Under the pieces are notes generated by a model. The model did not search any database. It worked only from the letters and a program-made list of their open reading frames with translations, and had not been told where the DNA came from. From the IMG/VR virus record IMGVR_UViG_3300009868_000001, positions 45,067 to 109,066 of that record: a stretch of 64,000 nt of DNA; one strand, written 5' to 3'. A program made the position numbers and the translations under genes. This document shows, piece by piece, positions 8,113 to 17,845 of this stretch; within the stretch, counting starts at the first letter, position 1, and the number at the start of each line of letters is the position of its first letter. The stretch comes from a virus (lineage: Duplodnaviria; Caudoviricetes).

Positions 8113-10143
8113 TTAGTTTCGAGCCCTTCTTTTCAGAGACTCAAGGTATTCGTTTGAATATCCTCTTTGGTGTTCTGCAATCTTGCTAACGTGGACAAAT
8201 CCTTCTTTACCTTGGTTGCTTTCGTCAAGCTTTTGCAGTTCTTGATTTCTCTTATTTGTATATATCCTCTCCTGGATGTTACGAAAATCGTAAGAATCCC
8301 AGAAGTTTTTAACTTGATATGGAGTATTCAACACAAATGTTGTTGCTTTCACAGCAAGTTGATTCTTTTCGCCATCGTTCATAGCTTCAAAAAGTTCTTT
8401 GTAACCTTGTGGCATGAACTTTATGTAGGTAGGAACTCCGACGTATTTTTGGTTTAGAACAGCTTCCATTAAGTTAAGGACCTCTGCTTCATTTGTATAA
8501 ACAGAGAACTTAAGTGTCTCAACAATTGCTGTCTTAGTCTCTTGGTCTAATGAATAGAACTTAGACTTATTATCTTCGCTGAGTAGTTTTAAGAACGGAT
8601 ATTGATTCTCTAATACTGCCTTTGCTGTATTGTTTTTAACGTAGTTAAGTATCTTATCTACTGATTCGACTATGTCATCTACTGGTGATGATTCATCTAC
8701 TGATATGTTAAGACCTTCATCTACTTTCTTAACTTCATCAAGTAATCTGCGAGTTCTTAACTTAGCACTAGGTATAACTGATTCGTTCATCATTTCTGCA
8801 ACGTGTTCAGTATATAGAACGGTCTTTTCAAGTTGTTCGCCTAGATAGTCAGAAGAGTATTGGATGCTTTCTCCAAGTGTTTCACCGAGATAGTTTGCGT
8901 ACCCAACAACACTCTTAATGTTCTTACCTAAGTATTCAGAATATCTGATACCTTTCTCAGCCATTTCTCCAACATATTCAGTATATCCTACTCCTCTTTG
9001 GATAGACTCTGCTAGGTAGTTCATGTAACCTACGCTTTGGTTAAAGTTACGTCCTAAATAATTTGAATAGTTGACTGCTTCGTTTAAGGTAGTTCCTAAG
9101 TAAGCTGCATAACCACGAGTTTGGTTAACGCTCTCTGTGAGGTAATTGGAGAAACCAATAACCTTGTTGACCATTGTGCCAACATGTTCAGAGTAACCGA
9201 TGCTCTTATTTTGCATTTCTGCCAGATAGTCAGCGTAATTAGTTACGTTCTGAATTTCTGTTGCTAAGTAGTTAACGTATTCTACCAGTTTAGGATCTTG
9301 AGTCGTTGACTCATTAACCCTTCCTGATTTAAGGTCGTTTATCAACCCAGTTAACTGGTCGAATTTTTCCTTAACTACTTCTGTGTACTTATTAAATTGC
9401 TCTGCTGTGATGTATGCACCCTGCATTTCCAATATGTTATTTTCGTTGAAATCGTTGAAAATGTTTTTCTTATTTATCTTGTAAACTTGAATAGACTCAG
9501 ATAGACCGAGGCTCTCGCTAATGTTTTGGAAATTGTTTACGGAGATAACAGATTCCTTTTTCAAAGAATCGAAAGCTTCGAAAAGCTTATTATAGTTATA
9601 ATCATAACTTTCATTTAAAGTGGTCCTGTGAAGAGATGCTTCCTCGAAGCCAGGTTCTGCCACTAGGTCATATGTGAAGATTCTATGAAGTTTGACCCTT
9701 CCTTCATTCATTATTTGACCAGCAGCTCTTGATGAGATTGATACTGTGCAACCTGATTCTACGATAGTCTTTGCTATCCTACCACATGGAGTATCAAGAA
9801 GCTTTACACGTATTTTAACTCTATTTGAACCTTCATCATATGTAAGAGATTCAACAACGTGTGAAACGTTTTTAAGAGCAATATCAAAATCCTTTGGGTG
9901 GTCTAATTCTCCGAAGAGCTTACCCCTCTTGATTTTTTCTTGTAAATATGTAAGATGGGGAAGGTATTCGTCCTTCTCGTAAATACGATTGTTATTGTTC
10001 TTAACTCCAAAAACAGCTGCAGTTCCCTCTAACGTAATATCATCTCCTGACTTATTAACAGTTAGAGCCTCGTTTACCCTAGTTATAACAAACGCTGGGT
10101 TATCAATGGATGCAAAAAGCTTTGCAAAATCGGGTGCTACCAA
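8113..10143 (-). CDS. Prohead protease (gp21-like) fused to scaffold/core domain
   Basis: NNNNRIY, GELDHP, ISSRAAG and TYDLVAEPGF protease motifs, followed by 14-aa helical repeats. Confidence 0.88.
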   Translation of the reverse strand: MVAPDFAKLFASIDNPAFVITRVNEALTVNKSGDDITLEGTAAVFGVKNNNNRIYEKDEYLPHLTYLQEKIKRGKLFGELDHPKDFDIALKNVSHVVESLTYDEGSNRVKIRVKLLDTPCGRIAKTIVESGCTVSISSRAAGQIMNEGRVKLHRIFTYDLVAEPGFEEASLHRTTLNESYDYNYNKLFEAFDSLKKESVISVNNFQNISESLGLSESIQVYKINKKNIFNDFNENNILEMQGAYITAEQFNKYTEVVKEKFDQLTGLINDLKSGRVNESTTQDPKLVEYVNYLATEIQNVTNYADYLAEMQNKSIGYSEHVGTMVNKVIGFSNYLTESVNQTRGYAAYLGTTLNEAVNYSNYLGRNFNQSVGYMNYLAESIQRGVGYTEYVGEMAEKGIRYSEYLGKNIKSVVGYANYLGETLGESIQYSSDYLGEQLEKTVLYTEHVAEMMNESVIPSAKLRTRRLLDEVKKVDEGLNISVDESSPVDDIVESVDKILNYVKNNTAKAVLENQYPFLKLLSEDNKSKFYSLDQETKTAIVETLKFSVYTNEAEVLNLMEAVLNQKYVGVPTYIKFMPQGYKELFEAMNDGEKNQLAVKATTFVLNTPYQVKNFWDSYDFRNIQERIYTNKRNQELQKLDESNQGKEGFVHVSKIAEHQRGYSNEYLESLKRRARN
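8790..9280 (-). repeat. About 12 tandem 14-aa repeats (YxxYLxExxxxxxG) in scaffold domain
   Basis: YADYLAEMQNKSIG / YSEHVGTMVNKVIG / YMNYLAESIQRGVG etc.; boundaries approximate. Confidence 0.8.
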
Positions 10144-10162
10144 CTTGGTCTAATTTTTTTCT

Positions 10163-10169
10163 TATTTAT
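10163..10169 (-). promoter_or_regulatory. T4-type late promoter (ATAAATA)
   Basis: Upstream of the protease-capsid operon. Confidence 0.65.
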
Positions 10170-10213
10170 TAAGAGAAGACCAAGTAAAAATGAAAAGGTG
10201 TGTAATTATCCTA

Positions 10214-11137
10214 TCATCTGCACTTTTTTAGGATAGTTTTCAGCGTTTCTAACTCACTTTCAGTAATATTTTTAGTGTTTAGGTCTCTTGGTTGAACAAT
10301 AAACACATAGTTAGATACCACGTCATTAGGCATTTTTATGCCTTTATTATAGATTGTAAACTTAATTCTACTTAAATTCGATGAGTCGTATGATTTGACC
10401 TTAAACTTTTCTCCAACACATGTATCCACAAAGATTGGTTCCTTTAAAAGCAAGTCGACCAGGTTACATGGAACTACATGATACACAGTTCCATCAGGCT
10501 CCATCCATAAAGTATCATCCGTTTTAAAAACTATGTCAATTAAGGCGTCACCTGCGTATTTTACGTTCATACTGACCTGTTCTTCACCCATACCCTTAGC
10601 TATAAACCTAATATAATAGGTCTGTTCACCATTATTGTTTAGGATATTAATAGGTTGCCAGTTTTCCCTAAGGTTAACCTTTATTGTTATAGATTCGTTT
10701 GAGATTGAACCAATACCTACGTCTGAAACAATGGTTCGTGAATATGGTATTTCAAACGAGACTCCTTTCATCAAATCAGCAAGAGGCACTTCCTTTCTAA
10801 TATAAATGTTAAGGTTTTCGACTGACCTATTTGATTTTTCAAAGTCCTTAAACCATCTATCTCTAAAACTAGTTCCAAAACCATCGATAAAATCTGCTCG
10901 ACCGAAATCGGAGCTGAAGGATTGTTCGCTAGTCTCAGGCGTTTTTCTTCGTACGTCGTATTTTTGACGGGCTGTTTCGTTTCCTAATGTCTCAAAAGCT
11001 TCAGTTATTTCCTTAAACTTGTTTTCGTCTCCTCCCTTATCAGGGTGATGTTTCTTCGCAAGGTTACGGTATGCTGTTTTTATCTGAGCAGCCGTCGCAT
11101 TTTCATTAACTCCTAATATTTTATAATAGTCTTTCAT
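10214..11137 (-). CDS. dnaJ: DnaJ-family co-chaperone without zinc finger
   Basis: KDYYKILGV...HPDK J-domain; no CxxCxGxG repeats. Confidence 0.85.
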   Translation of the reverse strand: MKDYYKILGVNENATAAQIKTAYRNLAKKHHPDKGGDENKFKEITEAFETLGNETARQKYDVRRKTPETSEQSFSSDFGRADFIDGFGTSFRDRWFKDFEKSNRSVENLNIYIRKEVPLADLMKGVSFEIPYSRTIVSDVGIGSISNESITIKVNLRENWQPINILNNNGEQTYYIRFIAKGMGEEQVSMNVKYAGDALIDIVFKTDDTLWMEPDGTVYHVVPCNLVDLLLKEPIFVDTCVGEKFKVKSYDSSNLSRIKFTIYNKGIKMPNDVVSNYVFIVQPRDLNTKNITESELETLKTILKKCR

Positions 11138-11142
11138 TTCCT

Positions 11143-11169
11143 TAAACTAAGAAGCATAGCTTAGTATAA
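11143..11169 (+). promoter_or_regulatory. Putative early/middle promoter TAAAC-N16-GTATAA
   Basis: The same bipartite motif recurs at 33698, 36384 and (minus strand) 33239. Confidence 0.45.
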
Positions 11170-11202
11170 TACTTTACTAAAAAAGGAAATAATCAGGACA
11201 AA

Positions 11203-11853
11203 TTGGAGCTCAAAAATTTCATCCAGGCCCACCCAAATGAAAAATTTCTCATTCTTGGAAACGGAAAGTCAATTTTAAATCTTCCTAAAAAGATTGACTT
11301 AATTACCATTGGTGTAAATGACATAGAACGCCATATGATTCCTACTTATTTAGTTTTAACAGACAATCCTAATAGATTTGGTGTTGTAAATTCCAAACGA
11401 AGAAACCAAGTTCAATCGACTAAATCTAAGTTTGTCTTTGTTTTCGATAAATGGTGGACTTTTAAAAGTGATGACGGAAAAAACTTAGACTATAAAAGAA
11501 TAGTCATGAAATTAGGTAAAAAGGGAAAACTTGATAACCTAGATTCAAAGGACACTGTTGACTATTCAATAACGTCTCCGTATGTCGCTGCTATACTTGC
11601 ATATAAAATGGGAGCCAAAGAAATTGGAATAATCGGAGTTGATTTTACGGACGGTCATTTTTATAGACCAGAGGATGGTGTTCACCCTATAGTTAAATCG
11701 TCTCGGTTAGAAGAGGTTGAGTGTCATTTCAAGGCATTAACTGAAGAGCTTGAACGTCGTGGTATTAAGGTTTGGAACTTAAGTGAAGAATCTATCTTAA
11801 AGCCAATTCCAAAAAAGAGCCTAAGTGAGTTTTTATGTTACCAGACAACGTGA
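11203..11853 (+). CDS. Maf/DUF115-like (nonulosonate transferase-like) protein
   Basis: ILGNGKS, IGVN, YKMGAKEIGIIGVDF, HFY and VWNLS motifs. Confidence 0.6.
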   Translation: MELKNFIQAHPNEKFLILGNGKSILNLPKKIDLITIGVNDIERHMIPTYLVLTDNPNRFGVVNSKRRNQVQSTKSKFVFVFDKWWTFKSDDGKNLDYKRIVMKLGKKGKLDNLDSKDTVDYSITSPYVAAILAYKMGAKEIGIIGVDFTDGHFYRPEDGVHPIVKSSRLEEVECHFKALTEELERRGIKVWNLSEESILKPIPKKSLSEFLCYQTT

Positions 11854-12461
11854 AGATAGTTATACCTGCCAGAAGAGGTTCTAAGGGGTTTCCGTTTAAA
11901 AACAGAAAGCTTCTTCAATATACTCTTAATTCAATTCCTAAAAAATATAGGAAAATGGTCTGGATAACGACGGATGACGAAAAAATTATAGATAAATGTA
12001 GAGGTGATTATAATGTAGTTGTTAGACCTAAATCATTAGCACAGGATAATACTCCAATATGGAACTCCATGTTTCACCTCATTATTTCCAATAAGTCCTT
12101 TAAAAAGGACGACATTATCATAATGTTGTATTTAACTTACCCAGATAGAAAATGGAAGTTAGTATTAAAGGCATTAAAGTTCTTTAAGAAACATAAAGCT
12201 AAAAGTCTTTTATGTAAAATTAAGGTTGATTCTCATCCATATTTAATGATGTATGAAAACGGAATCAACGGCCGAATGATTGTATCTCACAATAAGTTTA
12301 GAAGACAAGACTATCCTGAAGTCTTTGAGCTCAGTCATTGTGTTTGCATCTTTAAAGTTAGTGAAATCCAAAACCTAGGTAGAAACCTATGGAATAATAA
12401 TACAGTATACTTTCCAATTAAAAGACATCGGGACGTAGACTATAAAAATCAATATAAGTAG
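11835..12461 (+). CDS. neuA: Acylneuraminate cytidylyltransferase (CMP-nonulosonate synthetase)
   Basis: IPARRGSKG..KN, ITTDD, RPKSLAQD, RRQD and DVD motifs. Confidence 0.85.
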   Translation: MLPDNVKIVIPARRGSKGFPFKNRKLLQYTLNSIPKKYRKMVWITTDDEKIIDKCRGDYNVVVRPKSLAQDNTPIWNSMFHLIISNKSFKKDDIIIMLYLTYPDRKWKLVLKALKFFKKHKAKSLLCKIKVDSHPYLMMYENGINGRMIVSHNKFRRQDYPEVFELSHCVCIFKVSEIQNLGRNLWNNNTVYFPIKRHRDVDYKNQYK

Positions 12462-12466
12462 TAAAA

Positions 12467-14011
12467 ATGAAAAGTGCGTTATTTACATACATTACAGAGT
12501 ATTTGGTAAATGAGGTTGAACATGCAATAGATTCATTTATGGTCAATCATGATGATTTTAATGGTAACATAATCATCCTGTATTCTAAATATGAACCGAT
12601 AAGTGAAAAGACTCAACTTAAATTTAAGGAAAAATATAACCCAATATTCAAATTAGTTTCAAGTGCTGGCCTTGATGTATTGTATTCAAGACTCAGAGGA
12701 GAGTTTAATCAAAACCCTTCAATCTGTCAATATCTTTTAGTTGAAGCATTAGGCGCCGTAAGTTATGACAAAATATATGCGATTTCGCCTAAAGTAACGA
12801 TGACAGGCAAGTCAGACCAATATGTAAAAGCAGGTGACATAATTTTCTTTAAAAAGGATATGACTTATCGTGAAGATAAGAAGTTAATAGTTAGACTGGG
12901 ACCAACTCTAGTCAATCCTAACTTTTTTATAGTTAACAAGCCGGCAATGGGGCAAAATTATCCAGGTTTTTTATATAAGAACCTTGTGTTTAATCGAGAC
13001 CTAAGTACTGCAATGACTTATTTTCTCGTAAACTATCTTTCAACCAAATGTCAGGTAAAAATTCTTGAAAATTCAGCTTTTCCAATAGTCGAAAATTTTT
13101 CAAATCAGGCATTTCCGATATTCGTTGCAAATCAATCGAGGATGATAGGGATAGACTTTACGTTTATCAATAATGTAAATCAAAAAAATTATCTAAAGGT
13201 CCTGGATTTTTACAAAAAGAACCGGGAATTTGTTGATTCGTCTATCAAAGATAGACTTTTTAGGTATTCACCAGACAATTCTTTTGAAAATATTGACGTA
13301 GATATTGCAACTGAAATACCAGATGACTTGAAATACAATGTTCAGGGCCAAAATGAAAAATTATGTTTAATTGTCTCATTTAGAAACAGAGACCAACACC
13401 TCGAGGTATTTCTTCCATACATAACTGCGTACCTTGAAAATGTCAATAATATTCATGACTATCAAATAGTTATAGTCGAACAGGCCGACAATAAGCCATT
13501 CAATCGTGCTAAACTATTTAACATAGGTGTTAATGAATGTCCTGGTTTCGATTACTATTGTTTTCATGACATTGACCTAATTCCAATCAATGTAGACTAT
13601 TCATATTCACCTGATCCAACACACTTAGCTGTTTATGTAGAACAGTTCGGTTATGAGATTCCATATGCTGAATATTGGGGAGGAGTCATTATTGTTCCGA
13701 CTGATTCATTTAAAGCAGTTAACGGATTTAGTAATGAATATTGGGGATGGGGAGCAGAGGATGATGATTTTTACCATCGTTTGTTAAATGGTAAATGTAA
13801 TCCTGTTCGACGACCTGGCGGTAAATACAGGTCTCTTTCACATGTTAGTAATATGGATCCAGTCATACGTGAGAAAAACTGGAAACAGTTTTTGGAAGCT
13901 AAAAATTCTGGATTTAATAAGCAAATAAGCAGCGGTCTTTCAAACCTAGAGTATAAACTTCTTAGTGTTTCAGGATACGGCAAAATAAAATTTATCAAGG
14001 CTGAATTATGA
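12467..14011 (+). CDS. Two-domain glycosyltransferase with C-terminal GT7 (beta-1,4-galactosyltransferase-like) domain
   Basis: FRNR, FNRAKLFNIG, FHDID and NGFSNEYWGWGAEDDD are GT7 hallmarks. The N-terminal half looks like a degenerate GT-A domain. Confidence 0.85.
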   Translation: MKSALFTYITEYLVNEVEHAIDSFMVNHDDFNGNIIILYSKYEPISEKTQLKFKEKYNPIFKLVSSAGLDVLYSRLRGEFNQNPSICQYLLVEALGAVSYDKIYAISPKVTMTGKSDQYVKAGDIIFFKKDMTYREDKKLIVRLGPTLVNPNFFIVNKPAMGQNYPGFLYKNLVFNRDLSTAMTYFLVNYLSTKCQVKILENSAFPIVENFSNQAFPIFVANQSRMIGIDFTFINNVNQKNYLKVLDFYKKNREFVDSSIKDRLFRYSPDNSFENIDVDIATEIPDDLKYNVQGQNEKLCLIVSFRNRDQHLEVFLPYITAYLENVNNIHDYQIVIVEQADNKPFNRAKLFNIGVNECPGFDYYCFHDIDLIPINVDYSYSPDPTHLAVYVEQFGYEIPYAEYWGGVIIVPTDSFKAVNGFSNEYWGWGAEDDDFYHRLLNGKCNPVRRPGGKYRSLSHVSNMDPVIREKNWKQFLEAKNSGFNKQISSGLSNLEYKLLSVSGYGKIKFIKAEL

Positions 14012-14625
14012 AAATTGATTTGACTAAAATTCCTGCTTTTTGGTTTGGTGGCATTAAACCAAATCGGGCAAAAAGAATCACAAATATGTTTAAGCGGACA
14101 GGTATCAATGCTTCCAAGCTTGAAACATTTATAGATTCCGACCCGGTTATGGGTTGTGCACTCAGTATGAAAAACGCCCTTAAGGTCGTCAATCAAATAG
14201 ACGAACCATGTTTAGTATTTGAGGATGACGCAGAAACTACTGCCCATGTTAGGTCTATGGTTATTGAAGTTCCTGATGATGCAGATGCAGTTTATCTTTG
14301 TTTAAGTAAATATGGAGTAATGAAGGATTGGAAACTTCAACACCGAGATAAAATGGCTTCAGAAAAGGATTTTTCCTTTGTTAGGACCAGAGATCCTAGA
14401 TTTGTTAAGTTAAACAATATGGTAACGTTGACTGCTGTTGTTTACATAACTGAGAGGTATAAGAAACATGCATTAAAAGAAATTGATTCAGTGATTCCTA
14501 CCAAACTTCACTGTGATGTTCCTATTGCATTGGCCTTACGTGATTTTAATGTATATGCTATGACCAAACCTCTTTTTTATCAAGAGTGCCCATTGTCTAA
14601 AAAAACAACCAATTTTGTGCTATGA
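14008..14625 (+). CDS. GT25-like glycosyltransferase
   Basis: GCALS, LVFEDD, DAVYL and HCDV...FYQ motifs. Confidence 0.65.
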   Translation: MKIDLTKIPAFWFGGIKPNRAKRITNMFKRTGINASKLETFIDSDPVMGCALSMKNALKVVNQIDEPCLVFEDDAETTAHVRSMVIEVPDDADAVYLCLSKYGVMKDWKLQHRDKMASEKDFSFVRTRDPRFVKLNNMVTLTAVVYITERYKKHALKEIDSVIPTKLHCDVPIALALRDFNVYAMTKPLFYQECPLSKKTTNFVL

Positions 14626-15446
14626 TAGCAAGAACTTTTTTCTCTAGAAAATGGAACGATAATGGGGAACCTTGGTTTCAAGTTGACCTTCCGTTTAAGT
14701 GTGATATTTACATGAATTATATAGACCATGAAACCCTTGCTAAAACCCCATCAGGCGTTAAAAAGGTTTTCATGGACATAAACGAACCTACGTTTTACGG
14801 TCAGTCTGTTGAGACTTTATTGGAAAACGCTGATAAATTTAATGCTATAATAACTAAACACCAAAGTGTTATAAATTCGATTCCTTGGGCAACAACTGAT
14901 ATTTGGGCATCAAGCTACATTATTCCCAACAAAAATATAGACAAGGATTTCTCCGTTTCCTTTCTTTGCACGAATAAAAAAGGTTACCCTGGATACGAAG
15001 TCAGACACCAGCTTTGGAACAGACAGGACGAAATAACAGTCCCAAAAAGATTTTGGAGTTCAAAATATCTACCAGTAGACCCCAATCGCATTTTACCTGG
15101 AACCGGTGAAAATACCGATAAGATTGTTTTATTTAAGTCTATGTTTTCAATCTGTCCTGAAAATTCAAGTGAAGAGAACTACCTTACTGAAAAGATTATG
15201 GATTGTTTTTTAACGATGACTGTTCCAATCTATCGTGGGTGCACGAATTTTGAAAAATATTTTAATCCAAACGGTGTCATCTTTTTTAATGACATTGACG
15301 ATTTAATTCAAAAGATTAATAATTTAACTCCTTATGAATATTTCAGTAGACTTCCAGCTATGCAGGAAAATTTCAACAAAGCTATGAAAATGATGAATCC
15401 CGGTGAAAGAGTTAGGGATCTCATTTTACAAAAAATAAAACAATAA
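14622..15446 (+). CDS. GT10 (fucosyltransferase-family) glycosyltransferase
   Basis: FSICPENS...YLTEKIMDCF..TVPIYRG GT10 motif. Confidence 0.8.
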   Translation: MIARTFFSRKWNDNGEPWFQVDLPFKCDIYMNYIDHETLAKTPSGVKKVFMDINEPTFYGQSVETLLENADKFNAIITKHQSVINSIPWATTDIWASSYIIPNKNIDKDFSVSFLCTNKKGYPGYEVRHQLWNRQDEITVPKRFWSSKYLPVDPNRILPGTGENTDKIVLFKSMFSICPENSSEENYLTEKIMDCFLTMTVPIYRGCTNFEKYFNPNGVIFFNDIDDLIQKINNLTPYEYFSRLPAMQENFNKAMKMMNPGERVRDLILQKIKQ

Positions 15447-15447
15447 C

Positions 15448-16203
15448 GTGGATTTAATAGTCGATAATAAAAACAAGGTCCTAGTGTTTTGGAATGCTAA
15501 GTGTGGGTGTTCTTTTGTAAAAGCATTATTTTTACAATCTCGTGAAATACCTTTACCTGAGTTTGAGCAGTTACATGAAATCATAGGATATGGGTATAGT
15601 CCAAACCAGGAATTTTCGTTTATTGATACAAACGATTTAGAAAGATATTCTTCATATAAAAAGGTCCTTATCGTTAGGGACCCATATAAAAGATTGGTGA
15701 GCGGATTCTTAGAAAAGATCCCCAAATGGATTAAGGCTGGTCACTTTAATCAATCATGTTACCTGTCATTTAACGATTTTATTTCTAAAATATCAGAGAT
15801 AAACGGAGTAGTTTCATGTGGCTCTTCTTCTTTTTATGACATTAAACACTTCATTCCCCAGTTTTCTGAAAAATATGAAATATTTGAAAAGATGGGGTGG
15901 ACTTTTGACTATGTGATAGACGTTTCTCAGCTTTCTAAAAATATAGATGTGTTTGAGAACTTATTCAGTTCTAAACTCGATGAAGTCGCTGCATTTGAAA
16001 TTGGTAGCTCACACCAAGTCAAATATTCCGATTCAATTAGAGAAGGTTCAGCAGACGTTCCACTAGAAGAATGGATGAACACTAACGTTTTCCCAAACTA
16101 CAAAAGCTTTTATATGAACGAACAGGTCATGCAGTCCTTTAATCATCTCTATTCAAATGACCTACTAAAATTAAAAGAACTTGGTTTTGAATATTCATTA
16201 TGA
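15448..16203 (+). CDS. Sulfotransferase family 2 protein
   Basis: NAKCGCS (5'-PSB), VRDPYKRLVSGF (3'-PB), HFIPQ and C-terminal Y..D...GF motifs. Confidence 0.8.
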   Translation: MDLIVDNKNKVLVFWNAKCGCSFVKALFLQSREIPLPEFEQLHEIIGYGYSPNQEFSFIDTNDLERYSSYKKVLIVRDPYKRLVSGFLEKIPKWIKAGHFNQSCYLSFNDFISKISEINGVVSCGSSSFYDIKHFIPQFSEKYEIFEKMGWTFDYVIDVSQLSKNIDVFENLFSSKLDEVAAFEIGSSHQVKYSDSIREGSADVPLEEWMNTNVFPNYKSFYMNEQVMQSFNHLYSNDLLKLKELGFEYSL

Positions 16204-17018
16204 AATTAGGAGTATCATATAGTGTGTTTGATGGCGTTGAATTACTTGAATCATCAATAAAACAGATCAGAAAGGACGTTGATTTTATAGATGTTCAGTA
16301 TCAGGAGAAATCATGGTTCGGTAAGCCTGCAAAGCCTATTGATTTATGTATTCTTAATGAACTTAAGAAAAAAGGTCTCATTGATTCTCTGACTCTATTT
16401 AAGAACTTTTATGAGCTTAAGCCCATAAAGATGCACGTCATGCAGTCTAAAATATTTGAGACCGCTAAGAGAAATGCCGGGTTGGACTCATGTCTAAAGA
16501 AGGGTTGTACTCATTTTATGAATATGGACGTTGACGAATTTTATGACACGGAACAGTTTAGAAAAGCAAAATCAATAATTGAAGAAAAGGACCTTGAAAC
16601 GACTGCTGTTTCGTATTTGAATTACGTAACACCGACTTTACATAGAGGTTATTCTCCTCATTTGGTTCCATTCATTCATAAAATAACGCCTGCGGCCAGA
16701 CATACTAAATTTCAACCGTATTTTCCAGGAGTAGATCCTACTCGTGGTCTTGGAGATGAGTCTTATAAGAGATGGCGTATATTTCCTAAGGAGGATATCA
16801 TAATGCATCATATGGAAATGGTCAGAAGGGATCTTGCATCGAAATACGAGTCTACTTCAAGGTTTTATTTAGAACGTAATAGAATTAATGAACTGGTTCA
16901 ACTTGTTGAAGAGTCTAAATCAAAAAACTCCATAAATTTTAAAGGTATAATATATCCTGGAGCAAAGGAAGATTCTATTTTGACTCCTGTTGAAAATAAA
17001 TTTGGGATTAAAATATGA
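16200..17018 (+). CDS. GT-A fold (GT2-like) glycosyltransferase
   Basis: KRNAGL...MDVDEFY DxD motif and MHH motif. Confidence 0.7.
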   Translation: MKLGVSYSVFDGVELLESSIKQIRKDVDFIDVQYQEKSWFGKPAKPIDLCILNELKKKGLIDSLTLFKNFYELKPIKMHVMQSKIFETAKRNAGLDSCLKKGCTHFMNMDVDEFYDTEQFRKAKSIIEEKDLETTAVSYLNYVTPTLHRGYSPHLVPFIHKITPAARHTKFQPYFPGVDPTRGLGDESYKRWRIFPKEDIIMHHMEMVRRDLASKYESTSRFYLERNRINELVQLVEESKSKNSINFKGIIYPGAKEDSILTPVENKFGIKI

Positions 17019-17845
17019 CCCAGATAATTGCAGAGATAGGAATCAATCATAATGGAAGTCTTGAGATTACTAAAAGACTGATAGATGAAGCAGTTGAAGC
17101 AGGTGCTGATTATGTAAAGTTTCAAAAAAGAGACCCAGATATCTGCGTTCCTGATGAAATGAAAAATGTCTTACGTGACACTCCATGGGGCAGAATAACT
17201 TACCTTGAATATAAGAAGAATTTAGAATTTTCATATTTAGAATATGAAGAGATTGACAAATACTGTAAACTTAAAGGGATTAAATGGTTTCTTTCAGTTT
17301 GGGACCTTAACTCTGCTGAATTTGCTCGGGAAATCGATCACACTATTGTAAAGATTCCATCAGCTCTTGCTCTAGACCAGCCCCTGTTAGAATATTGTAG
17401 AAAACATTTTGAGACTCTCATTATATCTGTCGGTATGTGTGAAGGCTATCAAATTCAAAGCATAATAGATAGAATTAAGCCGGATGTGATTATGCACACA
17501 AATTCATCATATCCAAGTCCAATTGAAGAACTAAACCTAAACCACATTAAATGGCTTGAAAAGGTGTCTAATGGGTCGGGTCATAGATTTGAAATTGGTT
17601 ATTCTGGACATGAATTTGGATTGGTGACGACATTTGCTGCAGTTGCAATGGGAGCGACTTGGATCGAAAGACATATCACATTAGACAGGACGATGTGGGG
17701 TTCTGACCAAGAGTCTTCAGTCGAACCGTTGGGCTTTAAAAAACTTGTCAAGGGTATTAGAGATATAGAAAAATCGCTTGGAGAATATGGACCACGTAAG
17801 GTCACTCCTTCTGAGCATCAAAAAATAAAATCATTAAGAAAATGA
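17015..17845 (+). CDS. neuB: N-acetylneuraminate/KDN synthase family, lacking C-terminal SAF domain
   Basis: IAEIGINHNG, VKFQKR, KIPS, GYSGHE and IERHITLD motifs; 276 aa. Confidence 0.9.
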   Translation: MTQIIAEIGINHNGSLEITKRLIDEAVEAGADYVKFQKRDPDICVPDEMKNVLRDTPWGRITYLEYKKNLEFSYLEYEEIDKYCKLKGIKWFLSVWDLNSAEFAREIDHTIVKIPSALALDQPLLEYCRKHFETLIISVGMCEGYQIQSIIDRIKPDVIMHTNSSYPSPIEELNLNHIKWLEKVSNGSGHRFEIGYSGHEFGLVTTFAAVAMGATWIERHITLDRTMWGSDQESSVEPLGFKKLVKGIRDIEKSLGEYGPRKVTPSEHQKIKSLRK

